From NCBI RefSeq assembly GCF_964355755.1, contig NC_092670.1, positions 11,952,795 through 12,016,794 on the forward strand: DNA of 64,000 nucleotides. Reading direction: 5' to 3'. Made by a program: the position numbers and the translations under genes. Position 1 is the first letter of the stretch. Every line of letters begins with the position of its first letter. Below, piece after piece: positions 1 to 13,751 of the stretch. This stretch comes from Antedon mediterranea (taxonomy: Eukaryota; Animalia; Echinodermata). The notes beneath the pieces were generated by a model, which had not been told where the DNA came from, did not search any database, and saw only the letters and a list, made by a program, of their open reading frames with translations.

Positions 1-132
1 ATATGGCACACAGTAGCATTCTAGGTCCAGGAAACCCTGCCTATAACATAATCAACTATAAAGATAACATCGATGTCTACCAAATCTTGTGAGACACAAT
101 TTTGTACGTACCCTTGTTTTCTTTCCCCTCAT
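1..132 (-). CDS. 5' coding exons of a probable C2HC-type zinc-finger protein (ZNF474-like), runs off the left edge
   Basis: Exon 169-112 (tag acceptor, gtacgt donor) contains aaaATG at 132 giving MRGKKTR. After a 71-nt intron, exon 40-1 gives AGFPGPRMLLCAI plus a T that could start a Cys codon. GPRxxxCxIC resembles the zf-C2HC_2 repeat start of ZNF474-type proteins. Candidate 5'UTR exon ends at 6386 (gtatt donor). Only 20 codons are visible. Confidence 0.45.
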
Positions 133-1494
133 TTTGGAAGGTTGTTCTCCAACAAAAAATTTGTAATTCCTACCACAGATTTTGTCAAAAGAAAGCATTG
201 AGATAGTTTTTCTTTTTTTTTAATGCAATTTTATTTGTCACAGTCAAAAAAATGTATTTATTTGAAAAAACTGTAATTTAAAGTAAAAAATACTGTAGTC
301 AAAAGGAATCAATACACTTTAATATTTTGTGCTACTCCTAATTATTGGTTTTTATTTTGTACAGCATGCATAAAATGTTGCTGATTTTCAATTTCAATGT
401 AAATTGTATCTCTGCACTATATTTCTCTCTAATTTTATAATTCAAAATACACTTTGAACTCCAATTAATTGCACACCTTCGGGACCCAACAAATTGTTAC
501 CTGAGCAGGGGTTGGCCATAGTGTTAAAACATATATTGCCCTATAAATATTATAATATTATTAATATCATATATTTTGGGAGAAATTGCACTGAAAAGGG
601 GTGTCCCACGGGAGAGGTTTTACTTTACCTATATACTCTATATAACATATTTGTAACATTAAAAGTGTATAAATATTGTTGTTGTTGAGGATACCACTGA
701 GAATTGTACACTATTTTTTTATTAATCTGTATAGAATGTCTACATGTTTTATGGTACAGTTGAAATAAAGACTAAATTCGGTCTATCCATCTGCTGTATT
801 GTAGCATATTTAGACTATCAAGTATCAGGTCTTCTGCCTTTAAACTGATTGGTTTAAAATTACATGTGATAGCTGCACTACAGTATAAATAAATACAATG
901 ATGATTCCTACATGGCCCAAAGTAATCATCTTCTCAGTCTGTCGAGTATTAATTTAGATATGCCAAGATTCGTTTATGTTTCCTAAAGACAAATTAAAAT
1001 AAAGAACAACCTGATACTGTAGTTTACATAGATGAAATAATTTTGAAATTCTGAAAGGCGATAAAAGTATGCCCTCTGGAGTACTGTATGTACTGAATTG
1101 ATATTTTCAGTATCTGTCACTAGACGTTGAATTACTACACACTGTAGTATGTAGTGCATACAATATTACTATTTATTTTACTACAGTTATAGTTTGTATA
1201 CTGTATATTTTCTCTAAACTTCACTAAATTATCACAATCTGTCCTTAATAATTATTAGCAATTTATAATTTAATTTATTTATTGGTTTATACGTTTGATC
1301 GATATTTTCTTGGCATAGTTTAACCAGGGAGTTGTTATTTTACAACTCCCTGGTTAAAAGTGCACACCAGGAGGATTCAACTGTATGATTGTCTACACTT
1401 CTCTACTGTACATACCACAATACTATAGGAAAGTACCATACCGTATATTTTCATTCGGTAAATAAATAAAGATGGCAGTATTATTTGTTTAATG

Positions 1495-3577
1495 CTGTAT
1501 CAAATGTTGTGATAAACAGCTGAACATCATGTACTGTACGCTACTGTAATCACTGTATCAAATATTGTGATAAACAGCATCATTATGTACTGTACGTTAC
1601 TGTACATCACTGTATCAAATGTCGTGATATACAACATCATGTACTGTACGCTACTGTACATCACTGTATCAAATGTTGTGATAAACAGCATCATGAACTG
1701 TACGCTACTGTACATCACTGTATCAAATGTTGTGATAAACAGCATCATGTACTGTACTGTACGCTACTGTACATCACTGTATCAAATGTTGTGATATACA
1801 GCATCATGTACTGTACTGTACGTTACTGATACATCACTGTATAAAATGTTGTGATATACAGCATCATGTACTGTATGCTACTGTACATCACTGTATCAAA
1901 TGTTGTGATAAACAGCATCATGTACTGTATGCTACTGTACATCACTGTATCAAATGTTGTGATATACAGCATCATGTACTGTACGTTACTGTACATCACT
2001 GTATCAAATGTTGTGATATACAGCATCATGTACTGTACGTTACTGTATCAAATGTTGTGATATACAGCATCATGTACTGTACGTTACTGTACATCACTGT
2101 ATCAAATGTTGTGATATACAGCATCATGTACTGTATGCTACTGTACATCACTGTATCAAATGTTGTGATAAACAGCATCATGTACTGTATGCTACTGTAC
2201 ATCACTGTATCAAATGTTGTGATAAACAGCATCATGTACTGTACGCTACTGTACATCACTGTATCAAATGTTGTGATATACAGCATCATGAACTGTAGGC
2301 TACTGTACATCACTGTATCAAATGTTGTGATAAACAGCATCATGTACTGTATGCTACTGTACATCACTGTATCAAATGTTGTGATATACAGCATCATGAA
2401 CTGTAGGCTACTGTACATCACTGTATCAAATGTTGTGATAAACAGAATCATGTACTGTATGCTACTGTACATCACTGTATCAAATGTTGTGATAAACAGC
2501 ATCATGTACTGTACGCTACTGTACATCACTGTATCAAATGTTGTGATAAACAGCATCATGTACTGTACGTTACTGTACATTACTGTATCAAATGTTGTGA
2601 TAAACAGCATCATGAACTGTATGCTACTGTACATCACTGTATCAAATGTTGTGATAAACAGCATCATGTACTGTACGCTACTGTACATCACTGTATCAAA
2701 TGTTGTGATAAACAGCATCATGTACTGTACGCTACTGTACATCACCGTATCAAATGTTGTGATAAACAGCATCATGAACTGTATGCTACAGTACTGTACA
2801 TCACTGTATCAAATGTTGTGATAAACAGCATCATGAACTGTATGCTACTGTACATCACTGTATCAAATGTTGTGATAAACAGCATCATGTACTGTACGCT
2901 ACTGTACATCACTGTATCAAATGTTGTGATAAACAGCATCATGTACTGTACTGTATGCTACTGTACATCACTGTATCAAATGTTGTGATAAACAGCATCA
3001 TGTACTGTACGTTACTGTACATCACTGTATCAAATGTTGTGATATACAGCATCATGTACTGTATGCTACTGTACATCACTGTATCAAATGTTGTGATAAA
3101 CAGCATCATGTACTGTATGCTACTGTACATCACTGTATCAAATGTTGTGATAAACAGCATCATTATGTACTGTACGCTACTGTACATCACTGTATCAAAT
3201 GTTGTGATAAACAGAATCATGTACTGTATGCTACTGTACATCACTGTATCAAATGTTGTGATAAACAGCATCATTGTACGCTACTGTACATCACTGTATC
3301 AAATGTTGTGATAAACAGAATCATGTACTGTACATTACTGTACATCACTGTATCAAATGTTGTGATATACAGCATCATGTACTGTACGCTACTGTACATC
3401 ACTATATCAAATGTTGTGATAAACAGCATCATGTACTGTACGCTACTGTACATCACTATATCAAATGTTGTGATAAACAGCATCATGTACTGTACGCTAC
3501 TGTACATCACTGTATCAAATGTTGTGATAAACAGCATCATGTACTGTACGTTACTGTACATCACTGTATCAAATGTT
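1495..3577. repeat. 54-bp minisatellite, about 38 copies
   Basis: Unit actgtatcaaatgttgtgataaacagcatcatgtactgtacgctactgtacatc. It explains all the 18-aa repeat ORFs on both strands. Confidence 0.97.
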
Positions 3578-3973
3578 AATAATTACATTTATAATACAGT
3601 ATAGCATCACATTAAACATTTTTTTGATGACCTAACAGTATGATAGGCAGACTGTCAAATGTGAGGTTGGAATAATTTTTTTTATACATGATACAATTGT
3701 TGAAAAAGGTAACTGTCACAAAAGATAACTGTTAAAACGCATCCTCCAAAAAAAAGTTGTAAAAGATGTTACTGTGTATATAACCTTAATCCATGTGTAT
3801 AATAATATGTACTACTATTTACACAACCACAATAAATTTAATTTTAATAACAATATCAATGCCCTCAGCTTTCTCAAGGTTTTCATTCCCAATCAATACA
3901 AACTGGTAAATATTGATATAGTGTACTAATTATCTGGTCACATATTTTAATTAATGAATACATTGAGACTGTT

Positions 3974-4735
3974 GGGTCGTGTTTATACAACACCCTAAAT
4001 TTGAACACGGCTTTAATTTTTAGCGTGTTGTTCGGACCGAGGTCAACCCACCTTAACGTTTGCTGTTATACTAGAAATCACGATACCGTGTTATACCGGA
4101 AGTTTCATCAACACGCAGTGCATGCTAGGATAAAAGGTCAAATCGTTGATCGCGCTTGAATTGGCTGAGTTGTCAACAATCATCGTCGCCTCCTCGCTGT
4201 CGATTCGCGCGGTTTTTACCATTTTCATTATATTGTATTCGTTCACGTTTGCATTGTTGTTTATTTTGTTCTCGGTTCATTTAAATTAATAAAAGTTATT
4301 TTAAGGGTTTCATTGTTTCATCTATACACTATGGAAGAAGATGCCATTTTTGCGATGTTATTTTTTTTATTCTGTTTGGAGTGGGAAACGATAGATGCCT
4401 ACTACCACTACGAGTTGGCCCCACTAGGCTAGGCGTAAGACGTGGTAGGAGGATGATTGCTGGCAGCGAAGCAGCAACAAATGGGCCCAATCTTGTTAGC
4501 AATGTCGCATGACATGATTGATATTACGACCTGTTTTAACGAGAGGTCAAAATATACCCTGAGGACACTTCCAACACGGTAACGGCGACCGGGAATCCAC
4601 CAAATTTTAGGATTCAGCCAAGTAGCCTTTTTTGCAATTAAAATCTCATTACACGGAATCTCTTTGTTGTTATACAACACACTTTTCGTAGGCGTGTAGA
4701 ATATGCGTGTAATAGCGTGTTGTATAAACGCGCCC
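3974..4735. mobile_element. Non-autonomous TIR DNA transposon, PIF/Harbinger-like
   Basis: Imperfect TIRs gggtcgtgtttatacaacac ... gtgttgtataaacgcgccc with GGG/CCC ends. Interior is CpG-richer than flanks and has subterminal gtgtt/aacac motifs. TSD is not clean. Confidence 0.65.
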
Positions 4736-5137
4736 TTAGTCTTCTATTTGAATGCCTGGCTGAGTAGACTGTGATGCTTATTTACAGTAAAACTTACACC
4801 TATTTAAAGCAATTTACAAATCTTACACTTAAAGTTCTTCCAAGCATAATGGTTATAATACCATATTCAGGCTTTTTTGTTGATGTTTAAGACAATTAGG
4901 AGACCTTTAAAAAAAATAGGCAAGACCATTCTGTACTAACTAAATCCTAAAGACAAGTGCCACTTTATTAGATGAAATTGGTCGCATTTGAAATAAGTCT
5001 GAATTTATTTTAATCGTACAGTAATATATTTTGCTCGTGATAAAATTAAAATCAGGAAATTTTGTATGGAGCACCGATTGATACTCTTTTTCATATTGGT
5101 CGTCTTAATACTCACCATCGTCTTTTATTGAGTTTAA

Positions 5138-5724
5138 AGCTCAGGTACAGGCATGAATTTTAAATATAATATTTGGTTAATTGTACATAAATCAAATATT
5201 TGTAACAGAAATCAAGACGAAAAAACATGAATTTCCCTTAATATGGTCAAAAACAAAATTTGGCAAAATTCTTCCATAAAAACCAGGAAGACTTTTTTCA
5301 GTAGCTAGGTTGTTAACCTAATGTAATAACATGTCTCGTGACTCCCTAGCAAGTGAAAAAAGATGGTGGATATACGGTGGATAATTTTTGCTATAGCATG
5401 AAAATAAAAATTTGAAGTTGAATAAAAATACCAGAAATGTAAAATTCAAGTTATATTACCTATATTTAGTCATCTGATAACATTTTTTACCACACCGTTT
5501 ATTTTTCATAGCTTTTTAAAATGCCTCTCTATTTACAAAATGTGTGTACAAAAGAATAGAGATTTTACCGTGTAACTATCCCCCCACTGATAAGAAAGTG
5601 CTTATTTTCAACAAACTTGTGTAACACAAATAAAATCCCAAAAATTATGAAACATATGGGAAACTATAGATCGATAATTATTGGAATGTATGCTCAATAG
5701 AAATTTTTTGCCCGCACCTGGCCT
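5138..5724. mobile_element. Kolobok-like non-autonomous element
   Basis: TTAA on both sides, AG...CT termini, imperfect 16-bp TIR (agctcaggtacaggca / tgcccgcacctggcct). Confidence 0.55.
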
Positions 5725-7337
5725 TTAAGGTTAGGCCAGGTTTACTCACTATCGTCTTTCACAATATTGCAGAAATATTTTTGCGGGGTATTGGCCTAGT
5801 ACTTTTACACGGTTTAGGACAGCAGCCGATAATGATCCAAACAAAGACAATATAAATTGCCAACCCCTTTATCAACACATCAACTGGTTCCTCCCATGCA
5901 TTATAAGATGGTGGTAGCATACCCTTCATCTTCAAAAAAAAGGTATGGGACAGCAGTACACTGCCATTATATAAATTAACATTGAACTACTTAACTTATA
6001 GTATTTATAGGCCTAGATATTATATACTGTAGTAGCCACTCTTTTATTTTGTCTTTTTTTAGTTATTTTATTCTAGTCTTACTCTTTTTTAAATATTCCT
6101 TTCTGAAAAGTGAAGATGATTAAATTATGATGTATGCTAATACTCCCATCATGTATTAAAACCCTAGGCCCACATAGATATTATACTATAGTTCATCCAC
6201 ATAGTAGGCCTAGCTGGCTATGGTAGCCTTTTCCTATGTAGAATACAATCGGGCAGTGTCATTGACACAGCCTGAGGGATGAGGTTTGCCAGGCCTAACC
6301 AAATCGATGAAATTTAAAACCTAAATTCGTGCATTTATGTACCAGAAAAGTAAAAGATGAAAACTATATGTAAGAAAAATAATACCTTCATTTCACCGTC
6401 CATGTTACTTTTTATCGCCAATCATATTTTTTATTCGACCATTGAGCTTCTTTCTTCGATAATATACATCCCAAATTTGTTACAACCGCGGCAGAAACCA
6501 CAAAAATGAGCTCGCGAACTTAACACCACCAAAACACACCCATGCTTTTTGGTTTATACCGCGGTAACATGTGTGACCTAGTATTTTCCTATTATGATGC
6601 TTTCCCAAGTTTATTGGTCAAAGGTTAAATTTCTAAAGGTTACCAATATGGACACAGATTTGCATAATTATTAAATTGGATCAATTGCATAAAGTACGGA
6701 GATTGTTAGTATACGATTTCCAATCTAATTTTGACATTTTATTTAGCGCAGATAATACAATTTTTTTTCTGAATATTATAGAGGGCGGTATATCATTCAA
6801 GAAACCTGAGACAACTTATTTCAGACGGTCATCGCATTGTGAGGGACCTATTAAAAAACAATATTTTTTAAACATAATAATAAAAATTATTATATTACCA
6901 AAATAATTTAATTTATTACACGATACATACTGTAATAAGTTGATAAGATAAGATGATCAAACCGAAAAACGAGAGGCATGCCTCAATCTTAAATGGAGAA
7001 ATAGGAAGATTAACAAATAACTTTCAATCACGATTACTTGATATTTTTTTTCTGGAATAATAATCTTTATTGGACACCTTTATATCGGTGGCACACAAGA
7101 AGAACAAAACAACAAATATACAAAAGTAAATTAAAAGTAATAAAAATAAATATAATAAATATAAATAAAAGAACTAATTCAATTTTGTACAAATTAAACT
7201 TATAAGAACAAACAACAACACAACAATTACTTATGGCATCAATCAATAAAGCGTTTTACATAATGATTTATAAAATGTGTCTGTTTTTTAAATTATAACA
7301 TTGTTCGATAAGTATCATTTTCATTTCCAAGGATGAA

Positions 7338-9540
7338 TGATTTGATTTGATTTGATTTGATTTATTTCGGCATCAGTACATAAAATATCACAGACATACA
7401 ATTAAAATTAGCAAATATAAAAATACCAATATAAAACAAGGATGCCAAGGATAACTCATAAAAGTCCTCTATGGACTTGTTTCCAATGAGGTCTTTTGAA
7501 AGAACAGCAAAAGGACTAACAATGCAACATATAAAAATTACAAAAAAAACAGCAAAAAGGACAATCGAAAAAAGAAGAAGCGCTTATTAAATAGTTTCTA
7601 GAGCTAGTGAACGTTCCTGTAGATACTTTTTAACTTTACTTTTAAAAGAACAAACAGTTTGTGATTCCTTAATGTTAATTGGTAAATTATTTCATTCTTT
7701 AATAGCATTGTAAAAAAAGGTCACATGTGCCATTGGCTTGATAGTTGGGATTCTAAAATTAAAATTGCATCCCCTAGTATTGTAATTATGACTGTCTGAA
7801 ATTCTAATAAAACGATTGCATAAATAAGGTGGACAACAATGATTATATATTTTAAAAACATGAAAGACTCTAAGAAATTCGACATGGTCTTGGACTTTAA
7901 CATACCAACGTCGTTTAGCTGAGATTGACCAACATGAGATCGGGGACCTAACTTTTTTATAAAACGAACCATTTTGTTTTTGAGTCGTTTGTAATTTTTA
8001 TTTTAAATTTTTATTTACCGTAGAAGACCATGAGCAAACCGAATAATCGAACATCGGTTGGATTAAAGCAAAACTAAGAATTTTGCGACAATGTGAATTA
8101 AGAAATGATTGATTGGCGGTACAGAAATTTCAGTCTGCCGTTGCTTTGTTTATAACAGAGCGGGCAATGACGTCACCTGATACATTTTGGTCAATCTCAA
8201 TACCTAGATATTTGATAGATTTTGATCCATTTATAGTCGTTCCAAAGCAATCAATATATAATTCGTTTACTTTGCTTAATCTACGTTTAGAACCAAACAG
8301 GATGCATTCGGTCTTACCCATATGAAGCGAAAGTTGATTGTCGATCAGCCAATTATTGCATGATACGAGATTGTTTTGGAGTTTAGATTGGATTGAGATT
8401 GGATCTTTATGGGAGTAAAAAATTGTACAATCGTCAGCGTACAAAACAACTTTACAATCATTTTCGATAGTAGATGGTAGGTCATTCACGTAAATAAGAA
8501 ACAAGAGAGGACCCAAAAGGCTACCCTGGGGGGGACTCCACATCCAATCTCAATAGAGTCCGATTTGGTACCTTTAATATCGACAATCTGATTTCGCCCA
8601 GACAGGTACGCTTGAAACCAACCGATAGACCGGCATCCTAGATACTTAAGTTTTTTACACAAAATATCATGATTGACCGAGTCGAAGGCCTTTTGGACAT
8701 CGAGTAAAGCCATACCCGTAAATAAACCATTTGACATTTGAACTCTAAGGTGATCTCTGTGTCGGTAGAAAATGATCTACGAAAACCGGATTGATGATCG
8801 TAGATAAGTTGATTCCTTTCAAGGTAATCGGAAACTTGTATAATATATACCACCTTCTCCAGAATTTTCGAAACTGAGGAGAGAATGGTTATAGGTCTGT
8901 AATTGTTAGCCTCAGTTTTGGAATTCTTTTTATGAAGGGGCGTGACTTTTGCGAGTTTAAAATCCGAGGGAATACGTTCGTATTTAATGGAAAGGTTAAT
9001 TATATGTGTTATTGGTATTTTAATATTAGGAGCTCCGTCTCTAAGAAATTTTGCAGGAATCTGATCAAGGCCTACACTTTTAGATGGGTTGAGGTTTCTC
9101 AATTCCTCTTCGATAAGGCTCTCGTCAATTTCTTTGAGAGAAAAACCAGAAACATGTTTGATTTTGCTATTATAGTAATTTTTAAAGGCATTCGAACCCA
9201 CACTAAAAAGGTTACTGGGAGAAGGCAATTTCTTAATAAATCGGAAGCAATATTTTCGAAGTATTTATTGAAATAATTTGAAACTTCGCTTTCATTAGTA
9301 TGGCAAAGATTCCCATTAACATCTAACGAAATAGTGCTACCCTTTTGTGGCTTATTTTTATATCCCAAATCTTTAAGGCATTTCCAGAGTTTATTGGGAT
9401 TATTTTTGTTAACTTCTACCTTATTTAAAAAACATTCAGATTTTGCTTTATTTATGTCCTTTTGTATGCGATTACGCAACTTACGAAATGCATCGTAAAG
9501 GTCTGGCCTATTTGGGTTATTCTTGAACTTATTTAATGTG
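7338..9540 (-). mobile_element. 5'-truncated, frameshifted non-LTR retrotransposon (CR1/L2 group) RT remnant
   Basis: Overlapping minus-strand ORFs 9479-8130 carry RT motifs NYRPITILSSVSKILEK, DVQKAFDSVNHDIL, PQGSLLGPLLFLIYVNDL and LYADD, split by frameshifts. An (AAATC)n tail lies at about 7338-7362. Confidence 0.93.
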
Positions 9541-9846
9541 CTTTTTCTGTTGTGTTAATGACACAACACTATTCCAAACATGATTGCTATTGAGTGTTTG
9601 AAGCTCATGTTTAAACTTTGAAAATTCCATATTTCTAAAGTTATACTTTTTTTGTTGTTAATAATTGACAATAAAATGCAACTGCGCCCTCTATTTCGTC
9701 ACCAGTATTTCGGTTCTGTCTCTCTCTGTGGTCATGGTTCGGTGCACTTTGTTGTTTTCGTGTTGTGTCGTGTCATTTTCAATTTCACACGTTGTTTGTA
9801 TTTTGTGACCTAGGCTAGGCCTAGCCTCTCGTTATACGATAAAAGT

Positions 9847-12034
9847 ATGGTTAATTTACCGCCAGATGCCGTACGAGTCGGCGACATTGATAGCTTCCTT
9901 GCTTTTTTAAAGAACGTAAGCGTTATCTGAATAGAAGTATATATGCATAATTTCTCGCCAGGCCTAGCCTAGCCTAGTACTAGAGTAGGGCCTTTCATCC
10001 GATCCTACATACACAGTCAGTCTCACAGTCGAGTCACACACGTCACGGGGACGGACGGTCTCAGTCAGACACTCTATAGAGTGGGGTCCATTATTGCACC
10101 ATCCCTGCCTTGCTGTGTGTACTGGTAGTTTAGGCATAGCTTCATTGTCTAGGCTTGGTTGATAATAAACCAGCACCCCTCAATCATTTTAATAGCCCTT
10201 CACTTGTTTGTTAACTCTCTGGTAATTTGTTTTAATGCTGTTAAATCCGTAAAGTTTAGGCCTAACTAAACTAACTAATCACATTATATAGTCTAGGCCC
10301 CTATGCTATATGCGATTAAAATCTGGTGATAAAAGTTTACCAACATCTCACATCATTCATAATTTTGAGAATCAAGTGTTAACATTCTCATGATATGTAT
10401 TTACCGTGAAAATCAAATGTCATACTTTCTTTTTCAGATTGACTGGAATGAACCATGGATAATTGGCCTAGTGACTTTACAAATCTTTCTCTTAGTTTTA
10501 TTAATTCTAACTAGACACTATAGTAATTTTCAAATTGTTCTGTTTTTAACCATGTGTAAGTCATGTAAATATTATTCTTGTAATCTGAAATAAAATATCC
10601 CGAAAAATAATGCAGTATTATAACTTACTAAAATAAACTGCACATGCTATACTACCATGCTTACAGACCAATCAGTTGTGATAGCTCATGCAAATATGAC
10701 AAATTATGGAATTAATAGCTCAGACATTACTTTGTCTTCCACCATAGCATAATAGTAGAACACAGCCAAGTACCATTAATTATAATATAAAACAAGTTGT
10801 AACATTTTACAGAATAGATATTATCATTTTTTTTCAACAACAATATATCTTTTTTTATTTAAAAATGTATAAATTACCTCTTTTAAAACAGTGGGACTAA
10901 TCTATTGTGCAGAATACATCAATGAGTTTGCTGCCAAAAATTACAAGTAAGATTACCTTAAAACCAATACCTATTATTTTTCATTTGATGGTTGGCTAGT
11001 ACCCAAATACTGGGTTCGAATCCCATGACCAACAAAATGCATCATAATATAACATTACCATCTTGATTTGAATTTATTAGGAAAATCATCATAAAATATA
11101 CATACAAAGAGTGATAACATAAATTACTGACATTACAAATAATACATTTATAAAAGATTTTCCAGGATAGCCCACAAAGAATATTAGCTTATTTCCCTTG
11201 GGATCCTTTTATAATCTAAAATAAAAAATAAAATTGTTACAAATTATACCACTTACCTCCACGTAACGTTCTTGTTTTTATTCTTCCAAAAGTTATGTTT
11301 AGTGTTTTTTTTAAATTTCTGATACAGATCATTCTCAAGACTGCAATACTTTGACTCAAATGGCTTATTTATAACCGTGGTTCTCTCTGTACCGCTTCTC
11401 ATTGACTGTCTTATTATGGTGGTAATTATTTTGTTTATGTTAGAATTCTTTAACATATTTATAAAAGGAATTTGGTGATTGCATATGGGACCACCAGTTC
11501 TCATCAGATCACCAAAGTTGAGAAACATTGGGCATGGTTGCGTTCTGAATGAAAGGCCATCTGGGAATACCGCGTCGGGTGTTGTATCTAGACTGAGATC
11601 GTGTGGCGCAGGATCGGAGGTTCAAGTCCAATGCATGCTCGTTGCATTGTCTTTGTCCTTAGAAAAATACACTTTATTTACATTTGCCTCTATCCACCCA
11701 TCCATGTATAAATGGGTACCTGGTTAGGTCAAAACACAAACTGCTTTGATTACTGGCTGTATCTTTCCATATATGTTTGATCAAAATAACCAGGGTAATA
11801 ATGTAAAAGCGCCATTTAAATATACATGTATATATATACTGTAAATGAAATTAGTGCCAAATAAATGAATGCGTTATTATTATTTTACGCAGTCTAATCA
11901 CTACATTTATTTTGTTATTTTAACGACAGAGCATGTGGCTATATCAGACAGGTAACTTAATTGTCAACGTGAAAAGGGCCAAGCTGTTATCGTTAAAACG
12001 AGCGTCAGAGTCAGATAAAAAGAAGGAAAATTAA
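9847..12034 (+). CDS. TMEM18: Transmembrane protein 18, 5 exons, 146 aa
   Basis: Exons 9847-9915, 10438-10555, 10892-10946, 11328-11421, 11930-12034, all GT-AG and in phase (441 nt). Motifs IDWNEPWIIGL, YCAEYINEFAAKNY, FSRLQYFDSNGLFITVVLSVPLL and a basic C-terminus. Confidence 0.95.
11485..11730 (+). mobile_element. SINE with 5S rRNA-derived head, tRNA-like B box and conserved SINE body
   Basis: caccagttctcatcagatcaccaaagttgag...ctgggaataccg resembles 5S rRNA. It is followed by ggttcaagtcc (B box) and gtccttagaaaaatacacttt...ccacccatccatgtataaatgggtacc. Confidence 0.65.
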
Positions 12035-13574
12035 CAATCATTGAAAGCTGAAGACGGTTTACAAAAAGAAATATTAAAAGAGCAATGGTTTTAAGAGCAG
12101 CAGCCTATATGTAGCAAGGACTGTCAGCAAACACACAGCGCAATTGGTTGATTGAAATAATGTCCACAATTGGGGAAAGGCGGTCGCAGAGGAGTGCCAG
12201 TCTATTTCGTGCCTAGCCTACCTGGATTAACCAACAATAGCCCTTTCACCTCGAAGAGCGGGATATAACTTGAGTAGAAGGTAGAAATATTCATTGAACA
12301 CACCTTTCCCCAAAATGGAAAAAAGGGCCATTTTCTATCATCTTGGACCTTTAAAGTATAAAAAACAGCACTTGTTTGTAAGATTAACAACACAGTAGGA
12401 CGTTAAAAACATAGTCGAGTGCAATTACTGTAGTTCATTAAATAATGTCTACCAGCAGATCCAGCATAAGCTGGCCCATGAAAGATTTTTAAAATCGTAT
12501 TAATACTGTATGATATCTAGCAGTAATTTTACATAAAATATTGCCATATTATCTGTGGTCTAGTGGTTAAAGCACCCATCTTGTTAATAAAAGTGCACTG
12601 TTAAAATAGACTGTATAATAACTTATTTTATTTTAAAACTACAATTATATGAACTGATTATTGTTAAATACAACTTACTCAAAAAATATGAAGATTTTCC
12701 TTTCATTACTTATAGTAAGTTTTATCTTATTTAAAGTATAATTCATGTTTTGTACACTGTTTACCTATGTGAATATACAAGGTACAAATAAATATTTAAC
12801 ATACCTGTAAACACTACCTATATTTTTCTATCTATTTATTTGACAGAAAAATCCCTATGATTTAATCATGGAGGTATATCTTTTTTATACCTCCATGATT
12901 TAATTAAGCAAACTTTTAAATTCAAATAAAATTTCACAAATAGGAGTTAAAAGAAACATATTTCTCTGTCTTTATAATTTTCACTTTTCTTTTTTAACTG
13001 TCATATTATTATCCACGTAGATTCCATTAGTAGGCCTAACTATTCAAAATCACTGTACTCCATCCTGTTTATTTAATCACTCAATGCCTGTATATATAAT
13101 AACAACTGTGTTATATTGTTGCAACAAATAAGCGCTTTGATTTAGTTGAACGATACTGTACTTTCAGTTTAATCATATTCACTACTTTTGATTGGGAAAA
13201 CTCAATTTGATTTTACAGGTCCTTAATTAAAAAGGCTATTTATATATATCGTTCTATTTTGTTTGGAAAACTATATAATTTTCTATATAGTTTCTCCAAG
13301 GTCAATAATTGTGCAATAGCTGCAATGGGGCTTATAATTTTACTATACGGCAATCAAAACATGGTCATCGTAGCATAACATTGAAATATTCAATCACTTT
13401 AACGACGACGAAAATAACCCCCGAAATGATCATAATCATAGAGATATTATACTATAATATCTCTGTCATAATAAAATCCGTCAAATTTGGTTTGCTTTTT
13501 ATTTAGTTGTCTTCGTATCATCAACGCAACCCGAACGAACCTGAATACACTATAACGTAACGTTGAAGCTAAAT

Positions 13575-13751
13575 CTCTCTCTGCACTAGTAAACGTTGTG
13601 GTGTGACCATATATGGACATGATGATGTCATATCACTACCATATTTCGACATATCACTACCATATTTGGGCACATCACATTTTTTTGATTAGTTTGATCA
13701 TGGAGAAATATTCCTAACTTATTTCTCCATGGTTTGATAGTGTAGACAGAG
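13575..13751. mobile_element. MITE family A copy (Harbinger/Tourist-like), with a 33-bp insertion
   Basis: Shares catatatggacatgatgatgtcatatcactaccatatttgggcacatcaca...tagtttgatagtgtagacagag with copies at about 19295, 45660, 47035, 48388 and 53048. Confidence 0.8.

Noticed and set aside
1527-3604. Long repeat ORFs on both strands as real proteins, or the array as CRISPR
   Set aside because: They are products of a 54-bp tandem unit with frame-breaking indels. There are no unique spacers and no cas genes, and the context is eukaryotic.
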